From positions 1 through 64,000 of the forward strand of contig CAVTQK010000008.1 of NCBI GenBank assembly GCA_963736855.1: a stretch of 64,000 bases of DNA, in the 5' to 3' direction. A program made the translations under genes and the position numbers. This DNA is from an uncultured delta proteobacterium. Its GTDB lineage: Bacteria > Desulfobacterota > Desulfobacteria > Desulfobacterales > UBA2156. Shown piece after piece: positions 18,710-28,153 of the stretch; the first letter of the stretch is position 1; the number at the start of each line of letters is the position of its first letter. The notes under the pieces are model-generated. The model was not told the DNA's origin. It was given only the letters and a program-made list of their open reading frames with translations, and searched no databases.

Positions 18710-19720
18710 ATGAAAAATTTGCTTGTAACCTGCAAGCCATGGTCAGCCGCAAAACGCATTTTATCAGTTCTGCTTTTCCTGACACTGCTGTTTAAGGTCA
18801 ATCCTGTGCTTGCCGGAAACCCATCACCCGACGCCGACGATTTCTTCATTCTCGACAACGGGGTCGACCTGCGCAAGATTGCGGGTCCGCATGTCAGTCA
18901 ATTGCTGACTCCTGTGCGAGGAGAGGGAAATAAGTTTGGCAGCTGGGAAGTTCAAAGATACTGCGACCTGAAAAGAAACAACAAGGAGATTCAGTGGACG
19001 GTAAACGACCTGCAGACTGGGGAAATCATTTCCAATAGCCCCAATTCAGGTGAAGCTTTTTTTGGAGCCTCAGCATCGAAAATATTCGTTGCAGCCTCTT
19101 TGCTTGATAAGCAATATGGAAAGTTAGACAAGACTCGATTGGAACTCATGATAAAAATGATCGTGAAATCGGACAATGTTGCATGGAAAGAACTGCAGAG
19201 ACAGGTTGGAGACGACGGAACGGATGATAGTGGTCGAGAGTGCGTCAACAAATTCGTTAATAAGATTGGCTGTGCCAATACAAGAGGATTTCAGGGATGG
19301 ATGTGTATGGAAAATGGGAGAAAAATCCATGGAAATGAATTGAACACCATGGCGTTGTCGAGATTTTTATACGACACTTACCATCGCAATTACCTGGGAG
19401 CAGAAAGTTTGTGGAAGATCATGCACGCCACTAAAACCGGAAGACAGAAAATCAATAAATACACCCCCAAGCATATTTATATCGGTGGTAAGACCGGAAC
19501 CTATGATGGACCAAACGAGAGCCCCAGAACGATAAATTTTAAAACTATCCATGCCCGTAATCATGTCGCAATGCTTAAAATCAACGACAGATATTACGGC
19601 ATTTCAATACTCAGTAATACCGGTTCGAACAATGACGTTGCCGTTCTGGGAGGGGGACTCATGAGAGAATTTCTCGATTTGGAGGAAACACCCATCTGTG
19701 GCACCGCCCGTCGAAACTAG
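18710..19720 (+). CDS. Exported serine hydrolase of the class A beta-lactamase/PBP fold
   Basis: Signal peptide; SxxK (SASK), SDN, KTG. Confidence 0.8.
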   Translation: MKNLLVTCKPWSAAKRILSVLLFLTLLFKVNPVLAGNPSPDADDFFILDNGVDLRKIAGPHVSQLLTPVRGEGNKFGSWEVQRYCDLKRNNKEIQWTVNDLQTGEIISNSPNSGEAFFGASASKIFVAASLLDKQYGKLDKTRLELMIKMIVKSDNVAWKELQRQVGDDGTDDSGRECVNKFVNKIGCANTRGFQGWMCMENGRKIHGNELNTMALSRFLYDTYHRNYLGAESLWKIMHATKTGRQKINKYTPKHIYIGGKTGTYDGPNESPRTINFKTIHARNHVAMLKINDRYYGISILSNTGSNNDVAVLGGGLMREFLDLEETPICGTARRN

Positions 19721-19769
19721 GTCATTAGTAGAGCAGGAAACAGGCTTCGTTCTTAGACTTATCCAGCCT

Positions 19770-20100
19770 ACCCTCATCGATTCCGGTCATCCGGCGCCGG
19801 ATACTTTCCCAGCACAAAAACTCCCCATCGGCCCTGATCATGACATCTTGAACACAGCCGGGGAGTTGACTTTTAATATCGGTAATGAACGCGGCAGTCT
19901 CCAGCCCGACCACCGTACTTCCCGGACGCAGTCTGCCTAAAAGATGCTCCCGGGTCTCTTCGATAAAGACTAGAATCGGCCGCAACCCCTATTTTGCGAC
20001 AATGGTGCGCAGAATAAGGCCTGATCGCGCAAATACCAGGCTTAAAGTGAAAAAACCGACGGCAATACGTTTCATAGGAAAACGTAACGCGAAGCAAATC
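19770..20100 (-). mobile_element. IS1380-family transposase fragment
   Basis: GLRPILVFIEETRE..LRPGS..IRADGEF; truncated. Confidence 0.6.
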
Positions 20101-20255
20101 TGATGGCTTCGTAAAAAGTCCATCTGCTGCGTTGCACTGCATCCTTCGTCATTGCGGCGTACCCATATGTACGCCTCATTCCTCAGGATTTGCGCGCCTT
20201 GCATCTGAAGCTTTTTACTTTGCCATCCTAATTTTGAGTTTTTACGATTTCATTA
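20101..20255. repeat. MITE-like palindromic repeat, copy 2
   Basis: tgatggcttcgtaaaaagtcc...gtacgcctcat...tttttac..tgccatc...tttttacga shared with copy 1. Confidence 0.8.
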
Positions 20256-20327
20256 AGGCTGACAGCAAAATTTTCAATAATATGTCTTGACAACTTTACC
20301 AATTTGCTCCAAGATGGCAATAAAACA

Positions 20328-21059
20328 ATGCTGAACACCCACTCCCCCATACCCCTGTACCGCCAGTTGGCCGACCTACTCACGGCCAGGATCCGTGCCG
20401 GCGAATATGCCGCCGGCAGCCGTTTGCCTTCGGAGCACCAGATGGCGGCCGCTTTGGGCATCGGCCGACCTACTGTGCGCCAGGCCACCGACATGCTCGT
20501 CCGCAAGGGCCTGCTCACCCGCCGGCGGGGATCGGGGACCTACGTCTGTCCGCCCCAGCAGGAAGTCGATCTCTTCTCCCTGGAGGGCACCCGCGCTTCG
20601 TTCCAGAAAAAGGGCATCCCGATCCGTAGCCAGATCGTGGCGCCCGTCGCGCTGGAAAGCGTGGCAGCCGACCCGGACAACCCCTTTGCCGGACGACAGG
20701 CCTATTATTTCCGCCGGCTGACCCTGGCCGAAGAAACCCCTGTGCTGCTGGAGGATCTCTTTCTGGACCCCGCGCTCTTTGCCGGCATCGAACACATCGA
20801 TCTTGCGGCCCGCTCCCTGGCGGCCGTTGCCGACGAGCACTTCTATCTGCGCCCCAGCGGCGGACGGCAACGCTTCAGCATCGGCTATGCCGACGAGAAG
20901 CGGGCGCGGCTGCTGCAAGTGGCTCCCACAACACCCCTGCTCAAGGTCCAGCGTCTGCTGCACTTTGCCCAAAGCGAAACCGGCGTCTTCGCCGAGCTGT
21001 GGTGCCGCACAGACCACTTCGTCTTTGCCCAGACCCTTGGAGGAAGCGCATATGCATAA
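20328..21059 (+). CDS. GntR (HutC/UTRA) family transcriptional regulator
   Basis: PLYRQL..LPSE..TVRQA..RRRGSGTYV; upstream palindrome tgtcttgaca (20283-20292). Confidence 0.9.
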   Translation: MLNTHSPIPLYRQLADLLTARIRAGEYAAGSRLPSEHQMAAALGIGRPTVRQATDMLVRKGLLTRRRGSGTYVCPPQQEVDLFSLEGTRASFQKKGIPIRSQIVAPVALESVAADPDNPFAGRQAYYFRRLTLAEETPVLLEDLFLDPALFAGIEHIDLAARSLAAVADEHFYLRPSGGRQRFSIGYADEKRARLLQVAPTTPLLKVQRLLHFAQSETGVFAELWCRTDHFVFAQTLGGSAYA

Positions 21060-22287
21060 ACGAGGCTACTACGACGGCTTTGGCGGGGCTTTTCTGCCGG
21101 AAATCCTCACAGCCACCTTCGATCAACTGGAGAAGACCTTCGAAGAGGCCAAGGCCGACCCCACCTTCTGGCCCGAATACTGCCGGGTCATGTCCACCTA
21201 CTCGTGCACGGCCCACGCCCCTGACCTTCGCCGAGAACCTGACCGCGCCATTTCGGCGGCGCGCAGATCTACGTCAAGCGCGAAGACCTGAACCACACCG
21301 GCGCCCACAAGGCCAACAACGTCATGGGCCAGGGACTGCTCGTCAAGCGCATGGGCAAAACGCGCGTCATCGCCGAGACCGGCGCCGGCCAGCATGGCGT
21401 GGCCACGGCCACCATGGCCGCGCGTTTCGGCTTTAGCTGCACCATTTACATGGGCGAGGTGGACGTGGCGCGCCAGCGGCCCAACGTCTTCTGGATGGAA
21501 CGCCTGGGGGCCAAGGTGGTGCCCGTGCGCGACGGCACGCGCATCCTCAAGGACGCCATCAACGAAGCCTTCCGCGACTGGGTGGCCAACATGGACAATA
21601 CCCACTACGTGTTGGGCACGGCCTGCGGCCCGCACCCCTATCCCGGAAATGGTGACCTATTTTCAGTCCATCATCGGCCAGGAGGCCCGCCGCCAGATCC
21701 TGGAACTCGAAGGCCGGCTGCCTGCCCGGGTCTATGCCTGCGTCGGCGGCGGCTCCAATGCCATGGGGCTCTTTTCGGGCTTCTTAGACGACCCGGTCGA
21801 ACTGGTGGGCGTGGAAGCCGGCGGCCAGGGCCTGGCCAGCGGCCGGCACGCCTCGCGCCTCTGCGCCGGTGATGCCAGCGTCGGCGTGGCCCAGGGCTAT
21901 AAGACCTATTTTCTGCAGAACAGCGACGGCCAGATGCGCGAAACCCACAGCATCGCCGCCGGTCTGGACTATGTGGGCGTGTCGCCCATCCTCTCCCACT
22001 TCAAGGAGACCGGGCGGGCTCGATTTGAGGCGGCCACCGACGACGAGGTGGTGGCCGCCGTGGCCTTGACCATGCGCAAGGAAGGGTTGATCCCGGCCCT
22101 TGAGTCGGCCCATGCCTTTGCCCAGGCCTTCAAGGAGGCGCCCCGCCTCAAAACCGACGATATCATCATCATCAACCAGACCGGCCGCGGCGACAAGGAC
22201 ATCTTCACGGTGGCCGACGCCTTCGGCGACCCGGCATGGCGGAAGTTCATCCAGGACAAGGCCAAACAATACCAAGGTCAAGGGTGA
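21052..22287 (+). pseudogene. trpB: Tryptophan synthase beta chain with three apparent +1 frameshifts (possibly sequencing errors)
   Basis: [45 protein letters not shown], across frames. Confidence 0.9.
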
Positions 22288-22302
22288 AGAAAGGAAGGCA
22301 CC

Positions 22303-23070
22303 ATGCTTGAAAGCTATCTACGCGAACAGCGGTGTAAAAAAGAGATTCTGCTGATGACCCACATCGTCATCGGCTATCCTTCCCTGGCCGCCTCCCTGGA
22401 GATCGTGGCCGCCATGGTCGAGGCCGGCGTCGATCTGATGGAGCTGCAGATCCCCTTTTCCGAGCCCATCGCCGACGGCCCGGTGATCCTCAAGGCCAAT
22501 CAGGAGGCGTTGTCCCGGGGCATCACCGTACAGCAGTGCCTGGACTTCGGCGCCGAGGCGGCCTGCCGCTTTAACATCCCTTTTCTCTTCATGACCTACT
22601 ACAACATCCTGTTCAAGTACGGCGTGGAAAGATTTGCCGCGGCCATGGCCGAGCGCGGCCTGCACGGCGCCATCGTGCCCGACCTGCCCCATGAAGAAGG
22701 CCGGGAGTATCTGGCGGCCATGGGCGCCCGCAACCTTGACCCCATCTTCATCTTCGCCCCCACTACACCAGCGGAGCGCATGCAGGCCATCGCCCGCCAC
22801 GCCCGAGGCTTTGTCTACTGCGTGGCCCGCAAGGGCGTTACCGGACAACAGACCGATTTTTCGGAACAACTGGAAGCCTATCTCGCCCGCTGCCGGAAGG
22901 CCACCAACCTGCCTCTGGCCTTGGGTTTCGGCGTCAAGGACAAGGCCGACATCGACTTTCTCACCGGCAAGGCGGACATCGCCGTAATCGGCACCCAGAC
23001 CATCCGCATCGTTGAGCAGCAGGGGGTCGCCGCCGTGGGGGACTTCATTCGGGGGTTGCGAACCCAATAG
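22303..23070 (+). CDS. trpA: Tryptophan synthase alpha chain
   Basis: ELQIPFSEPIADGPVI; MTYYN; PDLP; GVTG; GFG. Confidence 0.92.
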   Translation: MLESYLREQRCKKEILLMTHIVIGYPSLAASLEIVAAMVEAGVDLMELQIPFSEPIADGPVILKANQEALSRGITVQQCLDFGAEAACRFNIPFLFMTYYNILFKYGVERFAAAMAERGLHGAIVPDLPHEEGREYLAAMGARNLDPIFIFAPTTPAERMQAIARHARGFVYCVARKGVTGQQTDFSEQLEAYLARCRKATNLPLALGFGVKDKADIDFLTGKADIAVIGTQTIRIVEQQGVAAVGDFIRGLRTQ

Positions 23071-23390
23071 GGTCAAAACCCGACCAGAAGCCGCGCCGAG
23101 CATGATCTTTTTTCAAGCGCCCATCTGTCTGCGCAGGTTCTCGAAGAGCCAAAATTCAGAACATGCCCATGACCCTTACGGAGCTGTTCCTCCCGACCTA
23201 CATCGCGATGAAATAGGGAGAGGAATTTGGAAATTTGGACGAAGAAAATTTTTCAAGATAGAAAGAAGTTCTGAAGTCCCGGCGGAGATGTCTGGACTCC
23301 GTGGTAACTCCCTCCGGACATTGACAAATCAGGATAACTTCCCTATTCTCCAGCCTATTAGACGAGGACAACCTCACATCCTTCGGAGAT

Positions 23391-25313
23391 ATGAAGACGT
23401 CACTGTCAAAAATGCTTCTCCTAAGTTTCTGTATCGTTATTATTACGACGGGCGCTCTCCACTTATGGTTAGGTCTCAGCGTCACTGACCAAATCATAGA
23501 GGCCAGGATTCAAGATAGGTTAAGACTGGACATGAGAAGCGCACGAGATATATTCCAGCAGGAATCCGCTAATATTCTAGAGACAGTTCGTCTCGCTGCT
23601 TTAAGTCTCTGTGGAAAGGAGACCGACCTTACCGGGGATAGAAGCAAGTTATCGGCACAGCTGGAGAACCTTGCGGAAAGAGAGGCTTTGGACATCCTGA
23701 CGCTGGCCGGTGCCGACGGGGCCATTGTGTGCAGAGCCAAAACTCCAGACCAAATGCAAAGCACTCCACTAGGTCGAAACCTTGTGAAAAGAACCCTTCT
23801 CGATAGAGGGGCTGTTGTCGGGACATCGGTTTTAAGTGAAGAAGATCTGATCAGCGAGAACCCTGTTCTTCGCGATCGCGCAAGGATCAAGGTCTTTCCA
23901 TTCTCTTCCGTGGAATCAGAGGGCCGCAATCATGTTTCTTCCGGGATGGCTGTGGTGGCAGCCGCCCCTGTTTTGGATGACCATCAGAGCGTCATTGGAA
24001 TCCTGTACGGCGGAAGAGTTCTCAACAACAGTCCGTTGCTTGTCGATCAGATCATCGATAAGATTTATAAAAAGGAAAGGTTTGCCGGGAAGGAAGTGGG
24101 AGTTGCAACCCTCTTCCTCTCCGATATCCGTATTTCCACTACACTGAAAAATGTGAGCGGAGAGAGGGCTCTTGGGACTTTAGTCTCAGACGATGTGCGG
24201 GACTCTGTCCTGAAGAGGGGTCAATCATGGATCAGCAGACCCTTTGCCGTCAGCGACCGGTACGTCACCGCCTATGAACCCATTGGAGACACTTCCGGCA
24301 GCATCATAGGCATGTTGAGCATAGGGATCCTTGAGGATCGGTTCAGGGGTATGCAAAGAAAAGTCTTCTGGTCTTCTGTCCTGATCACTTTTGCCGGATT
24401 GGGGCTCTCACTGTACCTTTGGTCTTTCCTTATTCGATACGTCAGAAATCCCATCCGTTCGCTTATTCTCGCCGCAGAAAGGGTGGCCGAGGCAACTCCG
24501 GGACAAGAGGTCCATCTGGAAAGCTCAACGGCGGAGTTCGCGACCTTGGGCAGCGCCTTCAACGCCATGACGCAGTCTGTCCGGGAGAGGGACAGAGAGC
24601 TTCGTCTTCGAGCCCAGGAGGAGGCGATGAAGTTACAAAGGCTTGCCGTTATCGGACAACTGGCTGCCGGTGTCGCCCACGAAATCAACAATCCCCTTGG
24701 AAGCATTCTTCTCTTCAACCATCTCGCCTTGAAGGGGTGTTCCCAAGATACGCCCACTCGGCAGCATCTTGAAAGGATCGAAGGGGAAGCAAAACGCTGC
24801 AGGGACATTGTGCAGGGACTCCTGGAATTTGCGCGTCCTCGTGAGCCCAAGATGGAACCCGTCAGCTTGAATGCGCTCCTGGATAAAACCGTCGCTCTCT
24901 TTGAAAACCACCCCCTATTGCATGATGTGGAGATCATCAAACAGTACCGGTCGGATTTGCCCGAGGCTGTTGCGGACTCCGGCCAGATGCAACAGGTCTT
25001 TGTCAACCTGATCATAAATGCGGTGGACGCGATGGAGGGACGGGGCAAAATAACCCTCACGACTCGATTTCACGAGGAGGCCGACACCATCGAAGTCGAA
25101 TTTGCGGACACAGGATGTGGAATCACCCAGGAGATTCTGGACCGTGTTTTCGACCCCTTTTTTACCACGAAGGGAGTGGGGCACGGCACAGGACTCGGTC
25201 TGTCCATCAGTAGCGAGATTATTCATAGACACGGCGGGACAATTCGTGCGTTGAGTCGAGTAGGAGAGGGAAGCCGTTTTGTCATCATCCTACAAAGGGG
25301 AAAACGGGGGTGA
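23391..25313 (+). CDS. Cache-HAMP sensor histidine kinase
   Basis: Two TM segments; AHEINNPL; N/G1/F/G2 boxes. Confidence 0.92.
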   Translation: MKTSLSKMLLLSFCIVIITTGALHLWLGLSVTDQIIEARIQDRLRLDMRSARDIFQQESANILETVRLAALSLCGKETDLTGDRSKLSAQLENLAEREALDILTLAGADGAIVCRAKTPDQMQSTPLGRNLVKRTLLDRGAVVGTSVLSEEDLISENPVLRDRARIKVFPFSSVESEGRNHVSSGMAVVAAAPVLDDHQSVIGILYGGRVLNNSPLLVDQIIDKIYKKERFAGKEVGVATLFLSDIRISTTLKNVSGERALGTLVSDDVRDSVLKRGQSWISRPFAVSDRYVTAYEPIGDTSGSIIGMLSIGILEDRFRGMQRKVFWSSVLITFAGLGLSLYLWSFLIRYVRNPIRSLILAAERVAEATPGQEVHLESSTAEFATLGSAFNAMTQSVRERDRELRLRAQEEAMKLQRLAVIGQLAAGVAHEINNPLGSILLFNHLALKGCSQDTPTRQHLERIEGEAKRCRDIVQGLLEFARPREPKMEPVSLNALLDKTVALFENHPLLHDVEIIKQYRSDLPEAVADSGQMQQVFVNLIINAVDAMEGRGKITLTTRFHEEADTIEVEFADTGCGITQEILDRVFDPFFTTKGVGHGTGLGLSISSEIIHRHGGTIRALSRVGEGSRFVIILQRGKRG

Positions 25314-25316
25314 AGG

Positions 25317-26747
25317 GTGTCTGCAAATATCCTGATCATCGATGATGACGAATCCATGCGCCTTGCGTGCCTCCGGACCTTGACCGAAGCCGGATTCCGG
25401 GTGCAGGCCGTTTCCAGTGGGGCTCTTGCGTTGGAAAGAACCAAGGGGGAGACCTTTGATGTGGTCTTGCTGGACCTAATGATGCCCGGTATTAAGGGAA
25501 TGGATGTCTTGAAGGCCCTCAAAAGGCATGATGCGGGGGTCGTTGTCGTCGTGATCACCGGATATGGAACGATCGACGCAGCCCTGCAAGCGGGTCGATT
25601 CGGAGCCTATGATTTCCTCTGTAAACCTTTTGATGCGGAACATCTCCTTTCTCTCGTGAAGAAAGCGGTTTCAAGCAAACGGCATGCCTTGGAGGATTCT
25701 TGTGTCCGCATGGCTCTCAATACGCCGGAAGCGTCCTCGGATATCCTCGTGGGAGAATCCGCGGCGTTCAAGAGCGTGACACACCTTGTGAAAAAAGTGG
25801 CGCCTCTCGATTCCACGGTGCTCATCACAGGAGAGACGGGGAGTGGAAAGGAACTGGTCGCACGAATGATTCACCTGAAAAGCAGACGGCACCAGCACCC
25901 CTTCGTCGTCGTGGACTGCGGTTCTCTTGTGGAAACCCTTTTTGAGAGCGAGATGTTCGGGCATGTCAAGGGTTCCTTTACAGGCGCCATTGAGAGTACC
26001 AAAGGCAAGTTCGAACTCGCCCATGGGGGCACGTTGTTACTGGACGAGATCGCGAATATTGATATGAATCTCCAAGCCCGTCTTCTTCGCGTCGTTCAGG
26101 AACAGGAGGTATCCAAGGTTGGGAGCCCCAGTGCAAGAAAGGTGGACGTGAGGATTATTTCCGCTACGAACAGAGATCTCTCAAGGGAAATCTCGGAGAA
26201 GAGATTTCGCGAGGACCTCTTCTATCGGTTGAACGTAATCTCTATTCATATCCCGCCGTTACGTGAAAGGCCCGAGGACATCCCTATCCTGGCGGATTAT
26301 TTTCTCCGAAAACTGAGCACCGAAAGGCAAACCAAGGTTTCAAGAATCTCTAAAAAGGCGATGGCGCTGATGAAATCTTACCCGTGGCCGGGAAACGTGA
26401 GGGAATTGAGAAACGTTATTGAAAGAGGTATGGTCGTGTCGGAAAATGACGTGCTCAGCGAAGAAGATGTGATGCTCGGTAAAGTCATGCCGAGAGTAGA
26501 TCCCGACTCCATTCACAACCCATCTCTTTCCGGGGTGGAGAAGAGAGAAATTATGAGGGTTCTCAAGAATTGCAGAGGCAATCGAAGCCAAGCTGCAGCG
26601 CTCCTGGGCATTAATCGCAAGACCCTCCGTGAAAAGATGCGAAAATATGACATTATTTATACGAATCGCCCGCCATGGAAGACACCTCATCGACACTGCA
26701 ATGAACTGACCCTGCTTTTTTATGCAACTGCAGGGTTTAGAGGCTAG
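25317..26747 (+). CDS. sigma54-dependent response regulator (NtrC family)
   Basis: REC; GETGSGKE; GSFTGA; WPGNVREL; Fis HTH. Confidence 0.92.
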   Translation: MSANILIIDDDESMRLACLRTLTEAGFRVQAVSSGALALERTKGETFDVVLLDLMMPGIKGMDVLKALKRHDAGVVVVVITGYGTIDAALQAGRFGAYDFLCKPFDAEHLLSLVKKAVSSKRHALEDSCVRMALNTPEASSDILVGESAAFKSVTHLVKKVAPLDSTVLITGETGSGKELVARMIHLKSRRHQHPFVVVDCGSLVETLFESEMFGHVKGSFTGAIESTKGKFELAHGGTLLLDEIANIDMNLQARLLRVVQEQEVSKVGSPSARKVDVRIISATNRDLSREISEKRFREDLFYRLNVISIHIPPLRERPEDIPILADYFLRKLSTERQTKVSRISKKAMALMKSYPWPGNVRELRNVIERGMVVSENDVLSEEDVMLGKVMPRVDPDSIHNPSLSGVEKREIMRVLKNCRGNRSQAAALLGINRKTLREKMRKYDIIYTNRPPWKTPHRHCNELTLLFYATAGFRG

Positions 26748-26770
26748 AAAGGATACAATTTGTCAGGAAC

Positions 26771-26818
26771 TGATACATAAAGTACCACTTTTCTGATAAT
26801 ATGATACTAAAAGTGCCA
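26771..26818. promoter_or_regulatory. Two candidate enhancer (bEBP) sites
   Basis: tgatacataaagtacca and tgatactaaaagtgcca, 31 bp apart. Confidence 0.55.
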
Positions 26819-26936
26819 GCCTTTATCCCGCTTCCTTCTTGTTCAATTGATAAAACATCCTCCTCATCAATAAATAACTGAATAATATCAAACGATTTTC
26901 CTTGCCGGACAGTTCAAGCGGGTTTTTCTAAGGCAT

Positions 26937-26952
26937 TGGCAGGACCATTGCA
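26937..26952 (+). promoter_or_regulatory. sigma54 -24/-12 promoter
   Basis: TGGCAGGACCATTGCA, GG-N10-GC. Confidence 0.7.
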
Positions 26953-27031
26953 TACCTTTACAGATTCGGAGTGGATTTAAATGCCTTTCAATCGAGAGGG
27001 TCAGCGTTCAAACCAATAAAAGAGGTAGGCC

Positions 27032-28153
27032 ATGCATGCAGATAAAAAGAAAGCTCAACGGGGTGTAAAGATTCAAAATCCGAAAAAGGCATCAGTCCTC
27101 GTGATTGATGATGAAGAGGCCATGTGCGAAGGTTGCCGACAGACCCTGGAGGAAAGTGGGTTTAGCACCGCAGTCGCTCTCAACGGAGCTGAAGGCATCC
27201 GATTGGTCGAGGAGGTTCGACCCGATGTCGTGCTTGTGGACCTGAAAATGCCGGGGGTCGGTGGTATGGAGGTGATTAGTAGGATACACGAGCTTGACCC
27301 TCACATCGTGCCCATTGTCATCACCGGCTATGGGACCGTCGATTCCGCTGTTGAATCCATGAAACTGGGTGCGTTTGACTTCCTCACGAAGCCCTTTGAA
27401 CCCGAAAAACTTGTGGAAGCCGTGAGACGCGGGGTGAAGCTGAGCCATTTAAGGCTTGAGTCAGAGGCAAGGGAAGAAAAACAGGTCCCCGCTGAGAAAG
27501 CCGGCCCCAGCAAGCAGGATGTTCTTCTGAAAGGGCTCTCCGTTCTCTCGGAGAGCTACTCTGCGGGCTTCGATCGGATGGACTTTATTGATGAGCTCGG
27601 CAGGCTGGAGGTGGAGGCGAAGTATCATGCAGACATTCTGGGAAGGGTCAAAAAGAGAGAAAAGGCCATCCTGGATGTGGTCAATGAGCTGAGGCTGGTG
27701 GACGAGATTATCAGCAAACACGATTATAAAAAGAGCTCTTTAATTCAAATCCTTCTGGATACGCAGGCCTCGCTACACTGGCTTCCCCGGCATGCCCTGA
27801 ATTGGATTTCCGAGCGCCTGAATGTCCCATTGGCAGACATTTACAGCATCGCCAGCTTTTATGAAGCCTTCAGTTTAAAGCCCGAGGGAGCTCATTCGGT
27901 GCATGTCTGCATGGGCACTGCCTGTCACGTGAGTGGTGCGCCTGATCTTCTGAGAAAAACGTCGGCTCTCCTTGGAATTGAAGAGGGTCAAACCGACAGC
28001 AAGCAGATGTTCACCCTCAAGACCGTACACTGTCTGGGCTGCTGCGCCCTGTCTCCCGTCGTTCAAATCGATAAGAGCTATCTCAGCGATCCCTCATTGA
28101 AAGAGCTTAAGAAAACCTTCCAAACTTTGGAAGCCGAGGAGGTGCGCAAATGA
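27032..28153 (+). CDS. Response-regulator receiver fused to a NuoE/HydC-like [2Fe-2S] subunit
   Basis: REC (DDE, DLKMP, TG, KP) plus CMGTACH and CLGCC. Confidence 0.88.
   Translation: MHADKKKAQRGVKIQNPKKASVLVIDDEEAMCEGCRQTLEESGFSTAVALNGAEGIRLVEEVRPDVVLVDLKMPGVGGMEVISRIHELDPHIVPIVITGYGTVDSAVESMKLGAFDFLTKPFEPEKLVEAVRRGVKLSHLRLESEAREEKQVPAEKAGPSKQDVLLKGLSVLSESYSAGFDRMDFIDELGRLEVEAKYHADILGRVKKREKAILDVVNELRLVDEIISKHDYKKSSLIQILLDTQASLHWLPRHALNWISERLNVPLADIYSIASFYEAFSLKPEGAHSVHVCMGTACHVSGAPDLLRKTSALLGIEEGQTDSKQMFTLKTVHCLGCCALSPVVQIDKSYLSDPSLKELKKTFQTLEAEEVRK

Noticed and set aside
18710..19720. Bona fide beta-lactam resistance gene
   Set aside because: Fold motifs are present but the sequence is very divergent; a PBP-like or other hydrolase role is equally plausible.
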